This document shows, piece after piece, positions 59,984 to 64,000 of a stretch of 64,000 nucleotides of DNA (the first letter of the stretch is position 1; each line of letters starts with the position of its first letter). The position numbers were made by a program, and so were the translations under genes. The stretch is from Octopus bimaculoides (taxonomy: Eukaryota), in assembly GCF_001194135.2 (NCBI RefSeq), contig NC_068983.1, forward strand, positions 74,057,020 to 74,121,019. Direction: 5' to 3'. Below the pieces are notes generated by a model that was not told where the DNA came from, searched no databases, and saw nothing but the letters and a program-made list of their open reading frames with translations.

Positions 59984-60852
59984 TATACATTGATGCGTGT
60001 GTGTGCGTGGTTGGGTTACTAGATGTATAAACCATACATAGAACATATTAATTCATGTAAATGAAGCATTTCTTCACTGAGAGAGCTCTGCAACTCATTT
60101 AGTCGGGGCTGCAACAAATATTCAAATGAATGAAATGAACAGGAAAAAATAAATTTTAAATACGCATGCAAGCACTCGTATTGTAATATTTTGGGACGGT
60201 CATTTGTTTTTGCCAGATATACACAGGCACTATATATTCGTTCTTCACTTCATCTTTATTATTGTTCATATTTTACTGTCCTATGTCTTAAACTTTACAT
60301 CACTCATCGTGTGACCTCTTCAGCGTCTCTCCATCCCACACGTCTACTTCTGTTTAATCCATCTTATTTAAGTTTTATTTTCTAAGATGCCATGATTTTT
60401 CGACAACTTTTTATCTCTCCAGCTGGTGGTAATACAAATAGTAGTCAGCTACGAAGGGTTAATATATAATGCGATATGGAATTGGGGGGAAAAAAAGGAA
60501 CAAAGCGAACGCTTTTATATAGTATAGAAGAATAATTCTGTTTTGTGAGAAAGCAAAAATAACAGTCAGTCCTACTGGGAAATATATTAAGTCAGAACGA
60601 ATATAATATCCGGGAGCTAACAGCACACGTGCATACACAATCACTTTCGTGTGTTTGTGTGTCTATGCTCACGTAATGTTTGCAGAGTTTTCATGCTAGA
60701 ACGCAAAGTGATCAATATACAGTAAACTCTGTTGGACAGATTGGATTAACTCTTCATACTTTTGGCGAATCTTACTTCTCAGTCTCACGGATGACGTCGA
60801 TGAGCCTCAAAAGAATACATAATTAACCGAAAAGTATATATACATAGGCACA

Positions 60853-61016
60853 GGGGCGGCTGTGTGGTAAGAAGCTTGCTTCCCAAACACATAGTCCTGG
60901 GTTCAGTCCCACTGCATGGTATCTTGGGAAAGTGACATCTACTATAACCTCGGGCCGACCAAAGCCATGTGCATGGATTTGGTAGACAGAAACTGAAAGA
61001 AGCCCATAGCATATAC

Positions 61017-61061
<45 letters not shown>

Positions 61062-61250
61062 CATGTGTTTGTGTTTGTCCCTCCCACCGTCGCTTGACAG
61101 CCGATGTAGGTGTGTTTACGTCCCTGTAAATTAGCGGTTCGGTAAAAGAAACTGATAGAATAAGTACTAGGTTTACAAAGAAGAGGTCCTGGGGTCGAAT
61201 TTTTTCGACTAAAGGCAGTGCTCCTGCAAGACTGAAACGAATAAAAGAAT
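60853..61250 (+). mobile_element. Composite tRNA-head SINE with internal (TA)n
   Basis: GGCTGTGTGGTAAGAAGCTT...GGGTTCAGTCCC head; same family as 5670-6050. Confidence 0.75.
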
Positions 61251-62856
61251 GTACTTGATTTCTGNNNNNNNNNNNNNNNNNNNNNNNNNNNNNNNNNNNN
61301 NNNNNNNNNNNNNNNNNNNNNNNNNNNNNNNNNNNNNNNNNNNNNNNNNNNNNNNNACTTCGAAGTTACTGTCAATAACATTCTTGTATATGAATAATAT
61401 ATAAAATACCCCCCCCCCCCACACCTCTATATGTATATATATATTATATAATGGCATTAATTGCAATTAAACCACTGAAATATCAAAAGTATAGAGCAGC
61501 ATTGACTGTATTGGATCAATATAACTTATTTCTTTTGGGTGTCTTCTATTATTCCGGTCTCAATTGACTCGAAGTGCAGATTCTTGTATGAACGCTTGGC
61601 TGATGCTAAGCAGTATTCACTAGTAACCTCTCAAAAATAGTGTATTGTAATAAATGATCTTTTACCAAACTTGTGATATACTACGCTTTAGGTCTCTGCT
61701 TTAAAAATAATGTACGATTCATCTAAAATGTGAAGGGATACTTACATTCAATAGTGGCTTTCATGTTGGATAAATTTTTCATAGACATAATCCGAAAAAC
61801 CTATATAATGGTATGTAAGAAAATTACATTTAAAACACTCTAGCTAGAATTTCCCTTAAGCTCAGTAGAAATGAAAGATAGAGATAGAGATCTGCAAAGT
61901 ATTCCTTGTCCAAAATACTCTTTATACACGATTACGACATAAAACTGAAGCTATGAATGTCATCAAGGCAAGCAATAAATATGAAATATTTCAGAAATGA
62001 AGACCATGGCTGGAAAAAAAAAAGAAAAGAAATTTGAAAAGTAGAAAATACAATAGTAAGAAAGAATATCTCACGTTGCTTAACTAGATAAATCACTGAC
62101 AAAAGAAAAAAAACTTTAAGATAGTGAAGCAAAATCAATTATCTCATGAAATTGGGAGCAATGTGAACAATAAAGGAAGTAAAAAGATAATTAAAAAATC
62201 TTAAATCTTGTACGGATTTACCAAAGAAACAAATTTAGGTCTTTACAAATTAGGCCAGTGTTTATGAAAAGTAGTTCACTTATTGCAGATTGTCAAAAAG
62301 ACAGAAATTGTGAATAAACAAACAAAATTCTAACAACCTTACTAGTATGTGCATAGAAATGAACTAGATGAGTTATTGAACAGTATATTTATATAAGTAT
62401 AATCGACAGACAACAATTAAATATATGATATGTGTTATATATATATATATATATATATGTAAAATTAGCGTACATTCTAAAACTGCGCTTGCGCTGTGGA
62501 TTTGAAAAACAATGTATAAAGATGAGACATGTGCTCCCTATTTGTCCCATAATTATACATTAATTATTAGCGCCCTTGCTGCTGAAGAACACGCGTAACA
62601 AATTATCTTATTTGTTCATTAATGTTCGAAACCTAGGTACAAGTGGTAACTATTGAACATGTTTCTATGTTTCAACCCCTTCGAAATTACTCTTAACCGT
62701 GGTTTGGACTTTGACTGTTCATTTTAGCATGTAAGGTGTCCTGTTAGGATCACCTCTTTTGTGTATGAATGTACACTGATTTTATATGAAAAATATGTTG
62801 GTTGTCTATCGACTATTTTATGCATGCTAGCCACTGGTAGAAAATTTCTCTACCCA

Positions 62857-62902
<46 letters not shown>

Positions 62903-63109
62903 CCTCCAGTTTCAGCTCAGAGCTGCGGCCATGCTGATGCACCGCCGTTTTGCTACACTGTTATTACTCAGAGCCTCCTCCAATATGTGGCGCTTGATGA
63001 AGAATGGAGTTTGATGTAGCTACCCTCATTTGCACCTCTTGCTGTGAGGTAGGTTCATCTGGGACTCTCGACAGGAAGAAGTCCAGCTTTGATTTAAAAA
63101 CGCCTGCAT

Positions 63110-64000
63110 CTACTTTGTTCTGGCATTAGTGTAACTTTCATTGCCAAAATTTGGCACAATTCCTTCCAGGATCTTCCAGATGTATATTACTGCATACCTT
63201 TCCCGCCTTCTCTCCAGGGAGTAGAGTCTTAGCTGTTTCAGCCTTTCCCAGTAGCTGAGCAGTTGCAAAGAGACGATCTTCTTTGTGAATCTTCTCTGGA
63301 TTGCTTCAAGGTCCGCTGTTAACTTCACACAGGTGGGTTACCATAGCTGTGAGCAGTAATCCAGGCAGCTGAGGACGAATGTCCTCCAGAAGACCATCAT
63401 GGTTTCCTTATCTCTGGTTCTGAATGTTCTCAGGATCCAGCCAGTCAGTCGTCTGCACTTTGTCGCCATCCCGGTAATGTGCACTTGGAAAGAGGTATCA
63501 TCACTCATGTCCATACCCAGGTCCCTCATTGATTTAGGCTCTGGGATTGAAATTCCCTGCAGACTAGTGTACTCTGTAAGTTTCATATTCAGTTTTGGAC
63601 GCTGGTAGCGCAGGACTTAGAATTTTTCAGCATTAAATATATATATATATATTCTTTCAGAGGGTCTTGATTGCATGCAGCAAGGTCTCTTAGGAAAGAA
63701 ATTTGGCTTTTATTATGATGCAACAGGCCCCCAATATTTAGTAAAAATATTGGCGTGACGACTGTGCAGGCGTTAGGGGAGGCCATCCCGTGTCTGTTGA
63801 CTGTAGTGTTCTTGCGCAGTGGTGGGAAAGGTTCCTTGTTTGCGCTTGGTGCAGCCAGGTCAGCTGCTGCACAATCTTTTGCGCCATGTACAAAAAAAGA
63901 CTCTTTCTCAGCTGCTGCCTTGCGCATAACCTCTGAAGAGCGCACTTCTTTTGTAAATTTTTTCCGGGGAGACATTTGTTGTCATTCCTCAGGGAAATTT
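63110..64000 (-). mobile_element. CR1/L2-type LINE deletion fragment (ORF2 C-terminus joined to an ORF1/APE start)
   Basis: 63110-63586: RDLG, ILRTFRTRD, LDYCSQLW, YSLERRRERY. 63589-63975 ends in LLNIGGL...ISFLRDL, which is APE-start-like. Confidence 0.75.

Noticed and set aside
60407-60460. Possible small exon (ttttatctctccAG...GTtaat)
   Set aside because: No partner exons or recognisable peptide; splice-like signals are frequent by chance in AT-rich DNA.

Overview
AT-rich, repeat-dense animal genomic DNA with scaffold N-gaps; the SINE and microsatellite repertoire suggests an octopod cephalopod (inference). (1) 118-11984 (+): the last seven coding exons of a TMEM116-like 7TM membrane-protein gene, reconstructed by hand from short phase-compatible exons that the ORF track misses. 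(2) ~13.26-54.9 kb: a ~42 kb array of about 21 Tx1/L1-clade non-LTR retroelement copies, all on the minus strand and mostly head-to-tail. Three copies carry ORF2 sequence (APE, with or without RT). About 14 others are 1.5-1.9 kb ORF1-only (HAL1/HeT-A-like) elements or remnants of them, from several diverged families, encoding RRM-like + CCHC + an unrecognised C-terminal domain. ORF1-only and autonomous copies share a covarying terminal stem-loop abutting AATAAA/poly(A). The ORF1-only copies also share a second covarying hairpin after the stop codon. Chains of 13-25 bp target-site duplications show repeated insertion at the same sites. A Penelope-like element (with a candidate minimal hammerhead ribozyme), a Gypsy remnant, a DINE-1/HINE-like element and a SINE are nested in the array. 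(3) 55-64 kb: ordinary repeat-rich DNA (mariner deletion derivative, SINEs, CR1/L2-type fragment). The main candidate novel system is the ORF1-only/autonomous Tx1 array with its shared cis RNA structures; it may also act as a uni-strand piRNA-cluster-like locus downstream of the host gene.
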